DNA from: Octopus sinensis
Taxonomy: Eukaryota
Assembly: GCF_006345805.1 (NCBI RefSeq)
Contig: NC_043014.1
Location: 47,182,001-47,246,000, forward strand
Length of the DNA: 64,000 bases
Direction of reading: 5' to 3'
Below, in pieces: positions 50,645 to 63,432 of this stretch. A program made the position numbers and the translations under genes. Numbering within the stretch: the stretch's first letter is position 1; each line of letters begins with the position of its first letter. The notes below the pieces were generated by a model. That model was not told the DNA's origin and did no database searches. It saw only the letters and a program-made list of their open reading frames with translations.

Positions 50645-50863
50645 TGAAAGGTAAGAGCTGAGAAGTTCCTGGCTTTGGGTAAAAGAAATACAGGAAGATA
50701 AGTAAGTTGTAATTTTATTGAACATATTCTCCTCTTAGATCCACACACTTATTACAGCAGTTCTTCAGTTTTTCTAAGCCCTGTGAAAGAACTTCGAAGT
50801 TTGGGCCTCCAACCAGGCTTTTCACAACACCCTTAAAGCCAGGAACTTTTCAACACCCCCTCG
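50645..50863. mobile_element. mariner-type MITE
   Basis: Imperfect TIRs ..GAGAAGTTCCTGGCTTT / AAAGCCAGGAACTTTTCAACACCCCCTCG. Confidence 0.7.
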
Positions 50864-51280
50864 TGTGTGTGTGTGGGTATATAATTCATGTTATGTGTGT
50901 GTGTGTGTATTTGTCATTTGATTGGAGACATGCTGGGAAACTACTGTGAAGTTTTTCAGGTGAGCAAATTGAATCCAGTACTTGTTTTAAACCTGATGCT
51001 TATTGTATCATTCCCTTTTTGCTGGTCTGTTAAGTTACATAATTAGAGAAGTGATGAAACAGGCACACACACACACACATGTGTGTGTGTGACAGGCTCA
51101 TGTACAGTTTCCATCTACCATTTTCACTCCCTGGGCATTGGTTAATGTGGAGCTATGGTGCCCCAATGTGCCACTCAGTGGAACTGAAATTAAAATCTCA
51201 AGATTGCAAAGATAACCATACAATCGTGCATGTGTGTATGCGTGGTATATATATTATTGATAGATAATCATATAGATATC

Positions 51281-51333
<53 letters not shown>

Positions 51334-51337
51334 TATA

Positions 51338-52106
51338 CAAGGTGTGGTGAATAAACTCATCTAAATTATGCAAAAATGAAAATAACACTAGCATCTCATT
51401 TTAACAAATATATTTACCAAAATTACATAAAAATATCTTGAAATACTAAAGAGTAAATTTATTCAATAAAATCGCCATTGGCTTCAACCACGGCCTCCAG
51501 ATGACTTCAGAATCTCCTGCAACTCTTCTTGGCGATCTCCTTAAGTCGGTGAATGCTGTCATAATCCTTGCCTTCAGTTAATTTTTGGTGTTACAAGGAG
51601 TTTTGTTGGTCTCTTGCTCAACTGTGCGACAGCCATGACTGGGTTCTCCTGCTTGTGTAGCATGGTGCAGAGTCTTGTTGCCAGACATAGGGTCTTCCAG
51701 CAGTTACCCTCTGGAACCAGAGCAGCACTACCTCCTCCAGGCACCTGATGTAGGCCTCCATGTCGAGTCTGAAGCCATGTGGGAAGATGGAGACCTAACG
51801 TCACATCACAAATGATCTCTCCAAACACCATGATGTTGACTGGATGTTTGATTTTTATCATTCTCAGTATATGTCCTCAGAGTGACACTCAAGCACTCTG
51901 AAGATGTTTGTATTGGAGCTTCTGGCACAAATGCCAAGCAGTACAGCATGTCATGTCCAAATTTCTGGCAGAGTGAATTGCATCATGGTGCTGTTTTTCT
52001 CACAGACGGTGCCCAACTGACCCTACTATACTGTGTAGCCGACAAAAAACATAGCATGTGCATGCTCAAAATTGAAACTATAAAATGGCAACAATTTACC
52101 CATCGC

Positions 52107-52111
<5 letters not shown>
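51338..52111 (-). mobile_element. Tc1/mariner-superfamily transposon relic with transposase C-terminal fragment
   Basis: Minus frames HPVNIMVFG..FPHGFRLDMEAYIRCLEEVVL..GRPYVWQQDSAPC..; degenerate TIRs between (TA)n tracts. Confidence 0.85.
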
Positions 52112-52156
<45 letters not shown>

Positions 52157-52579
52157 TACACACATGTACCCATTTGTACATGTTACCTTCTATAATAGTT
52201 AATTACAATATGGAGAAAGTGCTGTGTCTCAGCTGGGGGGGTCTGTGTGTGCGTAGTGGGTGCGACTGGGGGGGGTACATCCCTTATCTATTTACCCTCC
52301 CCACCCTCATTCCCCCAGGTTTAGTAAAAGTCAAGTGAGATTTGATAAATGAAGAGAGGAAATGGAAGTGTATATAAGCTTTTTTAATTGAAGCCATGTG
52401 TATATACACCTGGAGTATGTTTGTGTATATACACCTGGCCTACATATTTGTGTGTGTGTGTCTATACATATGATCATGATGTACAAAATGTGCATACATA
52501 TATTTGTAAATACACTCAATTGGTCTACATATGTGTATACACATGTATAAATTATATACAACACACACACACATTATAT

Positions 52580-52724
52580 ATATATATATATATATATATA
52601 CAAGCAAATATATATGTGAATATGTGTGTGTGTATATATATATATATACAAGCAAATATATATGTGAATATGTGTGTGTGTGTATATATATATATATACA
52701 AGCAAATATATATGTGAATATGTG

Positions 52725-52797
<73 letters not shown>

Positions 52798-52817
52798 AGC
52801 AAATATATATGTGAATA

Positions 52818-52851
<34 letters not shown>

Positions 52852-52900
52852 CAAGCAAATATATATGTGAATATGTGTGTGTATATATATATATAAGCAA
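52580..52900. repeat. Compound minisatellite CAAGCAAATATATATGTGAATA(TG)n(TA)n
   Basis: About six units with variable TA length. Confidence 0.85.
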
Positions 52901-52911
52901 ATATATGAGTG

Positions 52912-53054
52912 AGTTTGAGGTCGACTTTGCCTTTCATCCTTCCGGGATCGATAAAGAAAGTACCAGTTACGCACTGGGGTCGATTTAATTGACTCAATCC
53001 CTTTGTCTGTCCTTGTTTGTCCCCTCTATGTTTAGCCCCTTGTGGGCAATAAAG
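52912..53054 (+). mobile_element. 5'-truncated SINE A
   Basis: 13-bp TSD AAATATATGAGTG at 52899-52911 and 53055-53067. Confidence 0.85.
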
Positions 53055-53496
53055 AAATATATGAGTGTGTGTGTACATATATATATGTTTCCACACACAC
53101 GCATTCACATATATATTTGCTTGTATATATAGGTGCATAGACATGGCTGTGTAGTTAGGATGTTTGTTTCCCAACCACTTAACTTTGGGTTCAGTCCCAC
53201 TGTGTGGCACCATAGGTGTCTTCTACTTCAGCCCCAGATTATCCAAAAATTGTGAGTGGATTTGGTAAACACAAACTGCAAAGAACCCCATCAGTCTTTT
53301 CATGCTAAATCGTTTTAGCCCCTTTTATCTTCCCTTAGTGTTAACCTTTTCTAATTTCCTAAAGGCATTCTCAGGCTTTTGTAATATTGCTGTATTAGGA
53401 TAGCATAGCTTACATGTACTGCTCATACTGAATGACTCGAAGACATGGTTCTACCATGTCTGTCTCTCTATCCTTTCATCCATCCATCCATCTATC

Positions 53497-53532
<36 letters not shown>

Positions 53533-53536
<4 letters not shown>

Positions 53537-53865
53537 CTTGATCACCTTGACCGACAAGTCCGTCAGGCGTCCATTTGACACCGCTGGTCACAGCACGCTG
53601 TCCACTCCTCTCTGGATCGCGCCTTTCTCATCCACGTGATCCCAATCATCCTCCTGAAATCGTAACTCCACCATCGTGGAGGTCTTCCGGGTGGTCTTTT
53701 CCGCTCGCGCAGGTACCACTCAACAACTGCATGGGTCCACCAATTATCGGTGAGCTGGGCGGCATGTCCAGCCCATCTATACTTGCTGCGTGTATACTCT
53801 GCGATGACATCTCTCACGCCAAACTTCTTTCTGATGATCTCGCTACTGATGTGCTCTGTCAATAT
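53533..53865 (-). mobile_element. RTE-clade LINE 3' end
   Basis: KYRWAGHAAQLTDNWWT..EWYLRERKRPPGRPPRWW motif; (CAAGGTGAT)2 tail. Confidence 0.85.
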
Positions 53866-53867
53866 CA

Positions 53868-54290
53868 TCATCATCATCGTCGTTTAGCGTCTGCTTTCCA
53901 TGCTGGCATGGGTTGGAGGGTGCAACTGGGGTCTGGGAAGTCAGCAGGCTGCACCAGGCCCAGTCTGATCTGGCAATGTTTCTACGGCTGGATGCCCTTC
54001 CTAACGCCAACCACACCGTGAGTGTAGTGGGTGCTTTTTACGTGCCACCCACACAGGTGCCAGACAGAGCTGGCAAACGGCCATGATCGGATGGTGCTTC
54101 TTACGTGCCACTGGCACGGGGGCCAGGCGAGGCTGGCAACGGCCACGAACGGATGGTGCTTTTTACGTGCCACCGGCATGGAGGCCAGTCGGGGTGGCGC
54201 TGGCAACGGCCACGATCGGATGGGATGCTTACTTGTCACCAGCACTGGTATCACAGCTGCAATTTCCATTGATGTTGATCGACTTCGATT
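53868..54290 (-). mobile_element. SINE family C with internal ~65-bp subrepeats; similar copy at 59843-60140
   Basis: (CAT)n tail, GGATGCCCTTCCTAACGCCAACC, repeated TGGTGCTTTTTACGTGCCAC..GGCAACGGCCACG units. Confidence 0.75.
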
Positions 54291-54740
54291 TTGGTTCTGC
54301 TTTCTGATATCTGATTTGATTTGGTTTGATTTTCATTTTGTATATATATATATATATTTATATATATAATAACAAAATAATAAATAAAACATATGCATAT
54401 ATACATACATATATGTACGTACCTACATCTATATGTATGTATACATGCATATATAGGTACAGGACACCAAAAAAACGTTACAGGACACAATGAGAAACGA
54501 AAACATAGAAACAGAACCATGGAAATGGGCCCCTTTTTAAACAACGAAAAAACAGGGTTCAAGACATACAACACAAGGAAAATTCCCCTTCTTCAGCCGC
54601 CTCCGTTTCGTCTACTCTGTGTTTCGAAGGTAAAGGCGAGACACGACTTCGGTGAAACGGTCCTTCCCGCAAATAATTTGAGATTTTTTGAGGAGGGGTA
54701 AAAGTGGTAACAAAAACAATACAAGGCAGTAAAAATATAT

Positions 54741-55015
54741 AATTGCGTTGTGGAAGGTGTTTATAAGCCATTTAAGAAACACAAAAACCGTTTAGATTCA
54801 CTTGAACATCTAAATTTAATTTGTCAAAATATTTTCGGCGCTTTGAGACCGCAACCTGTTCACTGACAAAATTCTGTGCTGCATCTCTGTGAAGTGAATC
54901 TAACGGTTTTTGTGTGTGTCTTAAATAGCATATAAACACCTTCCATGCTGCAATTGTTTTCGTTCCAGCGCATGATCTCGGATCAGGTTACTTGCTATGC
55001 AAGTACATCTCCGTA
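54741..55015 (-). mobile_element. PLE-like fragment with inverted arrangement and G3:C8 hammerhead-like motif (54820-54870)
   Basis: Arms 54741-54803 and 54889-54955 are inverted; homologous to 63128-63396. Confidence 0.6.
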
Positions 55016-55023
55016 ATATATAT

Positions 55024-55055
<32 letters not shown>

Positions 55056-55099
55056 CAAAATAAGCAACAAGGATATCCAGAGGTAATGCAGTACGATTG

Positions 55100-55142
<43 letters not shown>

Positions 55143-55299
55143 CTTGTTTGTCATCAGACTGTAGTAGAAGGCACCTGTCCAAGATGCATTAGATTTCATA
55201 ACATCTGTTGAATGTACTCCTGCAATGCTGTGATACCATCTCTTGAGTTTGCACAACTATGCTTCTTGTGGTCTTGTTGATTTTACTTATCAACTTCTC

Positions 55300-55480
55300 A
55301 AATGTGGTGTCTTCTTTCTATTACACCAGCTTTTTTTACTTTCCCAATTCTGCCTAAATAACTGCATTGTCCCAGAACTGGAAAATTGCCAGCATTATTC
55401 CACCCTTCAAAAAGAGGTGACAATTCATCACCTTCCCATTACTATCCAGTCCATCTCCCTAGCTGTAATGGCCATACTGA
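55300..55480 (+). mobile_element. Small decayed LINE RT fragment (CR1/L2/Jockey type)
   Basis: WKIASIIPPFKK..SSPSHYYP resembles WKxAxIxPxxKKGDxSxPSNYRP. Confidence 0.6.
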
Positions 55481-55613
55481 CCAAGTCTTGTGTCAGAGAG
55501 ACCCTCTGGTACTTCAGGAACCTGCATTACCTTATTCAACTCACACAATTTGGTTTTATCTTTAACTTCAGTTGCTGTGGCCAACTTATCAAATAAATGG
55601 CTATTTTAATCTA

Positions 55614-55846
55614 AAGGCGGTGAGCTGGCAGAAATGTTAGCATGCCGGGCGAAATGCGTAGCCGTATTTCGTCTGCCGTTACGTTCTAGGTTCAAATTCC
55701 GCCAAGGTCGACTTTGCCTTTCATCCTTTCGGGGTCGATAAATTAAGTACCAGTTACACACTGGGGTCGATGTAATCCACTTAATCCGTTTGTCTGTCCT
55801 TGTTTGTCCCCTCTATGTTTAGCCCCTTGTGGGTAGTAAAGAAATA
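55614..55846 (+). mobile_element. SINE family A, full length
   Basis: 12-bp TSD TATTTTAATCTA at 55602-55613 and 55847-55858. Confidence 0.9.
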
Positions 55847-57339
55847 TATTTTAATCTAATATTGCTTCTGCTATATATAGTAACATTATATAATCACTGT
55901 GTTGACCAGACTATCAACTGTGGTTAAATACCACTAGTCACAATGCGCTTCCTTGCATTGTTGTAGCTTTTGAATGATGCCATCCCGTTGGCTGTGTGGG
56001 TAGGCCAACATTCTTCCTGAATGGGAGCCTGTCAGTTGCAGGGTTACCCATTTATGGCCGAGTGGACTGCAGCAATGAAATGAAGTGTTTTGCTCTAGAG
56101 CATAAATCCCTGCTGTCTGGGAATTGAAACCACGGTCTTGCGATCATGAGTACAACATCCTAACAACTAGGCCATGCACCTTCACATACACACATGTGGT
56201 CAAGAGTTTCCTTTCATTTTATCTTATGCAAATCTTAATTTTTCTTCTGCTGGTGACATGAAAAATGCACCCAGTACACTCTATAGTATAGTTGTTATTG
56301 GAAGAGTATTCTGCTGTAGAGACTAAGTCAAAATGAAATGTATGGGTATAAGTCTACAAGAGTAGTGGCTCCCAATAAGAATTGACTTGGACTTTGAAGA
56401 CCCATCTAACCCATGCCAGCATGGAATGTGGACGTAAACTGATATATTTCACTGGTTGATTATAAATACTGGATAAGATATGATAGTGTTATAGACTGAA
56501 ACTATGGAAGCCCTTCATTTATATATATATGTGTGTGTGTGTATGTGTGTATTCTGTTCTTTGTTTCAATCATGGGGCTATGGCCATACTGGAGCACCTT
56601 AGTACTTATTTTAAATCTGCTGTTTATTTTCTTATACTCCTTTTGCCAAATTGCTAAGTTATGTAGGTGTAAACAAACCAACATCCAATGTCAAGCATTG
56701 AGGAAAGAGCTCACACACATGCACACACACACACACAGCATTCTTTCAATTTATCATCACAAATTGAAAGTGGGTAATTATTGTTAGCAATTAGCATTGA
56801 TACTTTAAAAAGAAATATTTTTTTGCAGAAATGCTATCTTCATATTTTCAAAGAGTGGAATTCTTCCACAAAAATTCCCATTAAAAAGTTAAAAACAAAG
56901 ATGTGTGTGTGTGTGTGTGTGTGTGTGTTTGGGAGAAGTGGGGGGGGATTAAAAATTTGGAAATCTATATTTTTGGCAAAAAAAAAAAAAATCATAATCT
57001 CTAGTGTTAAAAACAGGAATCTGAAAATATTTGGAATATCCACTTTCCTACCCCTCCCCCACCCCAAAAGACAAACTCATATACAAACAAGAAAGCACGG
57101 GTACCTATTTGACACATCTGCTTGGATGTTTCTGAACAGAGTCAATATTTACTTTTCAGTTTGTGATTGTACACTGACAGAATACCACACACACACACAC
57201 CAAACACACACACACAGAGTGGGCTTTTATTCAATTTTCGCCTACCAAATTAAGCGACAAAGCATTGGGTCAACTCAGAGCTATGTTGAGGGAGGACTTA
57301 GCCATAGGGCTGTGCTTGTAATGTGTGTGTGCGTGATGT

Positions 57340-57960
57340 GATTGTGTGTGATGTATGAGTCTGTATCTATATTATATGTGTGGTGTATGTGACTATATAA
57401 TAGTATGTGTGTGTGTGCCTATGTGTGTATGTAAATGGTATGTATAGTGTGTGTGTGTGTCTATGTGTGTATGTAAATATGTATGGTGTGTGTGACTATA
57501 TAATAGTGTGTGTGTGTGTGTGACTATATAATAGTGTGTGTGTGAGACTATATAATAGTGTGTGTGGTGCCTATGTGTGTATGTAAATATGTATGGTGTG
57601 TGTGACTATATGATAGTGTGTGTGTGTGCCTATGTGTGTATGTAAATGATATGTATGGTGTGTGACTATATAATAGTGTGTGTGTGTCTATGTGTGTATG
57701 TAAATGATATGTATGGTGTGTGTGACTATATAATAGTGTGTGTGTGTGTGTGTGCCTATGTGTGTATGTAAATATGTGTGTGTGTGTGTGACTATATAAT
57801 AGTGTCTGTGTGTGTATGTGTGCGCCTATGTGTGTATGTAAATGATATGTATGGTGTGTGTGACTATATAATAGTGTGTGTGTGTATAATGTATTGTCTG
57901 CATGTATGTGATTGTGTGTATGTAAGTGATATGTATGGTGTGTGTGTGTATTTGATGTTT
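57340..57960. repeat. Compound ~60-bp minisatellite (GTGACTATATAATAGTGTG..CCTATGTGTGTATGTAAAT..)
   Basis: Direct inspection. Confidence 0.85.
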
Positions 57961-58325
57961 GTGTGTTTTTATTAAGCACAGATAACATGAGTTAAGCAAA
58001 TAAGAGACGCAAAATCCCAAACAAGGACACAAATTCCTCTTCATCAAATATTGACTGAAGTTCTACAATGTCGCAGATGTGTGTATGTCTTTATATCAGC
58101 ATGGTGGGGGGGGGGGAACTGGTCCCTTGAAACATAAACACCCAGAGGTACGTTAGGTCTGACGAACTAACATGGGTATTGACTTTGTAATTTGTATGCG
58201 AGTGGAACACTGAAATAAACACAAGACCAAAAATATTGGGTGTTCGTATAACAATCGGCCCCTTCCCTGTTGTCTGATGATGGAAGCTAGTTAAAGAACA
58301 GAGCTATTGGGGATTATATAGTGTA

Positions 58326-58827
58326 CTAGCAGCATAGCCCGGGTATGTAAGAGCCCCTGGAGCAGACATGATGCTCGCTGTGAATTTTAAAAAAATTCCT
58401 GCCAATTTGTGAAAGATATTGTCGAAAATATGTCATCTTGAATTTGAACGCGATTTCCCAAAATGATATGATTTTATAGATTTTTTTCTGATGGTAAGGT
58501 ATTGCATGGAAAACTAACGTCAGAATTAAGTTTCTTAGGGTAACGTTAAGCTTCACCATGAGTTTGGTGAAAATCGATTGCAAGTTGCGAAAACTACAAC
58601 AGAAAATGTGTTGCAAATAAAAAGCTTAGATTCTCAACCCCAAGTCGAATTTATCGATTTTTTTCAGAACTGGGGGAACTTTTCAAACTTTTCGCTGCGT
58701 TAGTTTTGAATTATGACATTGGGCTATGTGTGTGTCAAGTTTCATCAGAATCGGTTGAAAGCCGTGGTCAGGGTGAGGGTACAACCTGATAGACACAGAC
58801 AGACAAACTGCCGTTTATATATAGAGA
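58326..58827 (-). mobile_element. Non-autonomous Helitron with collapsed 3' hairpin
   Basis: Minus 5' A^TCTCTATATATAAAC, 3' CCCGGGCTATGCTGCTAG^T. Confidence 0.75.
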
Positions 58828-58922
58828 TATATAGAATATATTACTAGTATACATGATAGCAGCAGAGAGACTATGTATACATGTGTATATGTATGTATGT
58901 ATCTGTACAGGTATGCATGTAT

Positions 58923-59146
58923 ACTTTTTACTCGTTTACTTGTTTCAGTCATTTGACTGCGGCCATGCTGGATCACCACCTTTAATCGAGCAACTTGACC
59001 CCGGGACTTATTCTTTTTGTAAGCCCAGTACTTATTCTATCGGTCTCTTCTGCCGAACCGCTAAGTGACGGGGACATAAACACACCAGCATCGGTTGTCA
59101 AGCAATGCTAGGGGGGACAAACACAGACACACAAACACACACACGC

Positions 59147-59183
<37 letters not shown>

Positions 59184-59388
59184 ATATATTATATATATAT
59201 ATATATACACACATATACATATATACGACGGGCTTCTTTCAGTTTCCGTCTACCAAATCCACTCACAAGGCTATGGTCGGCCCGAGGCTATAGTAGAAGA
59301 TACTTGCCCAAGGTGCCACGCAGTAGGACTGAACCCGGAACCATGTGGTTGGTAAACAAGCTACTTACCACACAGCCACTCCTGCGCC
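58923..59388 (-). mobile_element. SINE family B, full length
   Basis: Consensus match; possible TSD GTATGCAT. Confidence 0.9.
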
Positions 59389-60139
59389 TGTATGCATCTT
59401 TTATTTGTTACAGTCATTGTACTGAAACCGTGCAGGGGCACCGCCTTGAAAGGTCTTAATCAATTGAATTGATCCCAGTACTTTATTTTTAAAGTCTGGT
59501 ATTTATTATTATTATTTTTTTCTTTTGTTGAGCCAGCTAGTTATGGGGACAGAAACAAACCAGCACCAGTTGCCAAGCAGTGGTGAGAGGGTCAAACATG
59601 AAGAGAGAGAGAGACAGACACACACACATGCACAGTGGGTTTCTGTTTAGCAAGTCTGCTCTCAAAGCTTTGGCCAGCCTACTAAGGCTATAATAGAAGA
59701 CACTTGCCCAAGGTGCCACACAGTGGGACTGAACCTGAAACATGTGGTTGGGAAACAAGCTTCTTACCATATTGTATATACACATGCATGTCTGTGCATA
59801 TATTTGTGTGTGTGTGTGTTATATATATATATATATATATATCATCATCATCATCGTTTAACGTCTGCTTTCCATGCTAGCATGGGTTGGACGATTTGAC
59901 TGAGGACTGGCAAACCAGATGGCTGCACCATGCTCCAATCTTGATCTGGCAGTGTTTCTACAGCTGGATGCCCTTCCTAACGCCAACCACTCCAAAAGTG
60001 TAGTGGGTGCTTTTTAAGTGCCACCGGCACGAGGGCAAGTCAGGCGGTACTGGCAACAGCAACGGCCATGCTGAAATGGTGTTTTTTACTCGCCACCTGC
60101 ACAGAAGCCAGTCCAGCAGCACTGGCAATGACCTCGCTC

Positions 60140-60187
<48 letters not shown>

Positions 60188-61041
60188 CTGTCTTCTCATT
60201 TTCATACAAATCTTCTGTGATCAACTTGGGATCCCTGATGACAATGTAACATTCATTGACTAAGGTATCTTCAGCCTGATTAGTAGCTAGCAGAGTATCC
60301 CTCATTGAGTAATTACTACGTCCGAAGTTCTGCGAGCTAGGAAACACATGTAACTTGGATTTTACCTGCTCCATTCCCTAAATTTGTGTGCGCGCGCACA
60401 CACATATATATAATATAAATTAGAGATAAAACCACAATTATGCAATTCAAACATTGAATTGCATAATAGTGGTTTTATCTCTAATTTATATTTTATATAT
60501 ATATATTGTGAAATTTGATTTAATACTAAATTGAATTTTTCCCTGTAAGTTTGGAGTTATACTCCCTAATATTATATATATATATATAGGTGTTTCTGTG
60601 TGGTTAAGATGTTTGCTTCCCAACCACATGATTTCAGGTTCAATCCTACTGCATGGCACTTTGGGTGAGTATTCTCAATTATATTCCTAGACCAGATAAA
60701 ACCTTGCTGAGTGGATGTGCTAGACAGAAACGGAAAGAAACCTATAGCGTGTGTGTGTGTGTTTATGTGTGGAAGCATGTGGATTTGTGTTATTGCCTCC
60801 TTATCTTGATATTGCGTGACAGTTGTAAATAAGCATTACTCATACAAACAATGTCCTTTGTTTCCAACCTGTCATGAAAACCTACTTGGCCATGGGGAAA
60901 ATAGCTTACTTGGAAACTGGTGAGGGTCGATGATCAGAAGGGCATCTGGCCATAGAAAATTCCGCTCCCCCCCAATTTCAAACCTTGCAAGTATGAAAAC
61001 CTAAATGGGGAGGTTAAAACTCTCTCTCTCTCTCTATCCGC

Positions 61042-61260
61042 TCAGTCGAAGTCGACTCTCGGTCACTCATTGGATCAGTATCCTCCAGTCAGTTCTATCC
61101 TGGGCCGCTTCCTTCAGATTCGCCATGTCCATTCCGGTATCACTCCTGATGGTGTCAAGTCAGTGGGTTCTTGGTCGGCCTCTTCCTCTCTTGCCACTGA
61201 CCATTCTGAGCATGATGTCCTTCTCCAGTAATTTTCTCCGCATAATATGACCAAAATATG
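61042..61260 (-). mobile_element. RTE (BovB-like) LINE 3' end
   Basis: Minus YFGHIMRRKLLEKDIML..VSGKRGRGRPR..LDTI..LKEAAQDR..WR motif. Confidence 0.8.
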
Positions 61261-61352
61261 CCAATCTAGGTTAAAACTAAACTTAATTAATCCATACCTT
61301 AAACTTAATTATGTTAACAGTTACTCAAATTCTTTCCCACTGCATTGTGCGA

Positions 61353-61585
61353 AAGTACTTTTATATGCATTTAGGCATCTTGAGAATCTTCTCATTGGTC
61401 CACAGAATAGACAGGGATTCTTCAGAGCAGAGTCGGCATCTCCTGGAAATGATATTGTATGGTTCTGCGTGCCTTATGGACCAAGTTATGTTGTACTTAA
61501 TTTTATCCTCCTTCAGTTGCCATACAAAATCGGCCAAAGATGTTGAATATCTCTTATTGATTTTCTTAAAACTGGTGATAACAAA
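61353..61585 (-). mobile_element. Penelope-like element GIY-YIG endonuclease C-terminal relic
   Basis: Minus frame SFKKINKRYSTSLADFVWQLKEDKIKYNITWSIRHAEPYNIISRRCRLCSEESLSIL matches the PLE pattern STxLSxYIWxLKxxxxxYxIxW..PY...xxCxLCxxEKxxI (recalled from family knowledge). Confidence 0.75.
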
Positions 61586-62579
61586 TTCTTAAATGAATCA
61601 GCTGTGTGTGTTGCTGTCTTTTTTGTCTTAATATCACATTAGTCATAAACGAATGTCACTTTTAAACAAGTGGTGTTCTTCATATCCAATTTTCCACGAA
61701 AATAATGTCTGGTCATGGGGAAATATTAGCTTGCTAGGAAATAGGTGTGGGTTGGTTACAAGAAGGCCATAGAATCATACATCTGGCCATAAAATATCTG
61801 CCTCCACAAACTCTGTCTGACCCATGCAAGCATGGAAATGTGGATGTTAAAACAATGCTGACACAGATACGCACACGCATCTGCGTGTGCATGCATGTGT
61901 GGAAGAGAGAAAAAGAGAGAGAGCTGTGTAAAGTGTGTCCTTCTACACAGCCCCCGCACCCCATATTTTCAGTAAAACACTCAGAATTTCATCTATGATT
62001 CCATATTTAACAATGAAGTGGTTAAAACTATTGACCACTTCAACATCTTTCCACTTAACTATTTATAAATGTGCTGGAATAAAACTTAATGTGTAAGAAA
62101 GAGGTATGATGGTGATTATTTGTGACTAAGTGTTGCTAACTTGCATGTGACAGTGTGTGTGAGCATGCGTGTTGATGAACTAGTTAAGATATTGGTCTAC
62201 AAATTTAACAGTCTTAAGTTCAAACCTTTTGTTAGTCAGTCAGTAAACTGTAGTTAGGCAAAAGCACAACCTCAACTCACAGTTAACCTCATGTTTTATC
62301 ATGATCTTCAACCTCCTTGTCTTGTTCTTGATGTTGCTTGACCAAATCCTTCCCACTTTGTGGGCTTCTTATATCTCATTTATAGAGGATCTGTCCATTA
62401 TCCTTTACCTGTTTCAGCTCCGGCAGGGGGTGGTGATCCCTGCTGTACTCTTTCATCACTCTTTCTTCTGTTGGCCTGCTCCCTTAGCCATCAGGGTGGC
62501 GTTATTCGAAGGCTAAAACAATGCGAACGCATTGTGACAGCGATGTGTAGCAACATCTGATGGTCTGGTCAGTCACGTG

Positions 62580-62625
<46 letters not shown>

Positions 62626-63096
62626 TATATAATATATATATATATATAATATATATATACATACATATACACACACACATGACCATATTGTTATACATAG
62701 TGTTATACCACATGATTAAAGCACTTCTGTATTTCTCAGAACTGTTTTGTAGGGTCAGCTGTGTTCCCATCAGTTCCACGTTCTCCAACTAAAAAGCTGT
62801 TTAATCCCATCATTTAGTGTTGCCTTATTGTATTTATAGTCTGAAGTTTGTACATGGCACTTAATGGTGTATATAATTTGAAGTGTGAGGCCAACATCTT
62901 GTCCATACATGCAAAACGCCAGAACAGCTGCCCAGTGAGGGTTTAGCTTTCAATAAATATACTCTACTTTGTCTACGGAGTACTCTTATTTTTTGTGTGT
63001 GTACACTTATTATTACTCACAGATACACACATATATACACATACTGATACAATATATATACATACACACTTACAGATGCATACAAGTATATACATG

Positions 63097-63127
<31 letters not shown>

Positions 63128-63392
63128 TACGGAGATGTACTTGCATAGCAAGTAACCTGATCTGAGATCGTATGCTAGAACGAAAACAATTGCAGCATGG
63201 AAGGTGTTTATAAGCCATTTAAGAAACATGCAAAAACCGTTAGATTCACTTCAACATTTAAATTTAATTTGTCAGTGAACAGGTCGCGGTCTCAAAGCGA
63301 CGAAAATATTGACAAATTAAATTTAAATGTTGAAGTGAATCTAACGGTTTTTGTATGTTTCTTAAATGGCTTATAAACACATTCCACGCTGC

Positions 63393-63396
<4 letters not shown>
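63128..63396 (+). mobile_element. PLE-like fragment forming an 87-bp inverted repeat around a G3:C8 hammerhead-like core
   Basis: Arms 63188-63274 and 63310-63396 with 3 mismatches; flanked by (TA)n on both sides. Confidence 0.65.

Positions 63397-63432
<36 letters not shown>

Noticed and set aside
58155-58300. CTGACGA and CTGATGA motifs
   Set aside because: No consistent stem II/GAAA/stem III arrangement; at best highly decayed.
9297-59355. Recurrent short ORFs such as [24 protein letters not shown] and LLSVSVYQIHSQGFGRPEAIVEDTCPRCHAVGLN
   Set aside because: Read-through of SINE A and SINE B consensus sequence, not a gene family.
60185-60374. 63-codon minus-strand frame MEQVKSKLHVFPSSQNFGRSNY..
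   Set aside because: No recognisable homology, runs into a microsatellite, and the length is compatible with chance.
62405-62515. Minus-strand exon-like segment with good acceptor and CAG|GTAAAG donor
   Set aside because: Stops in all three frames; could only be a non-coding exon and there is no independent support.
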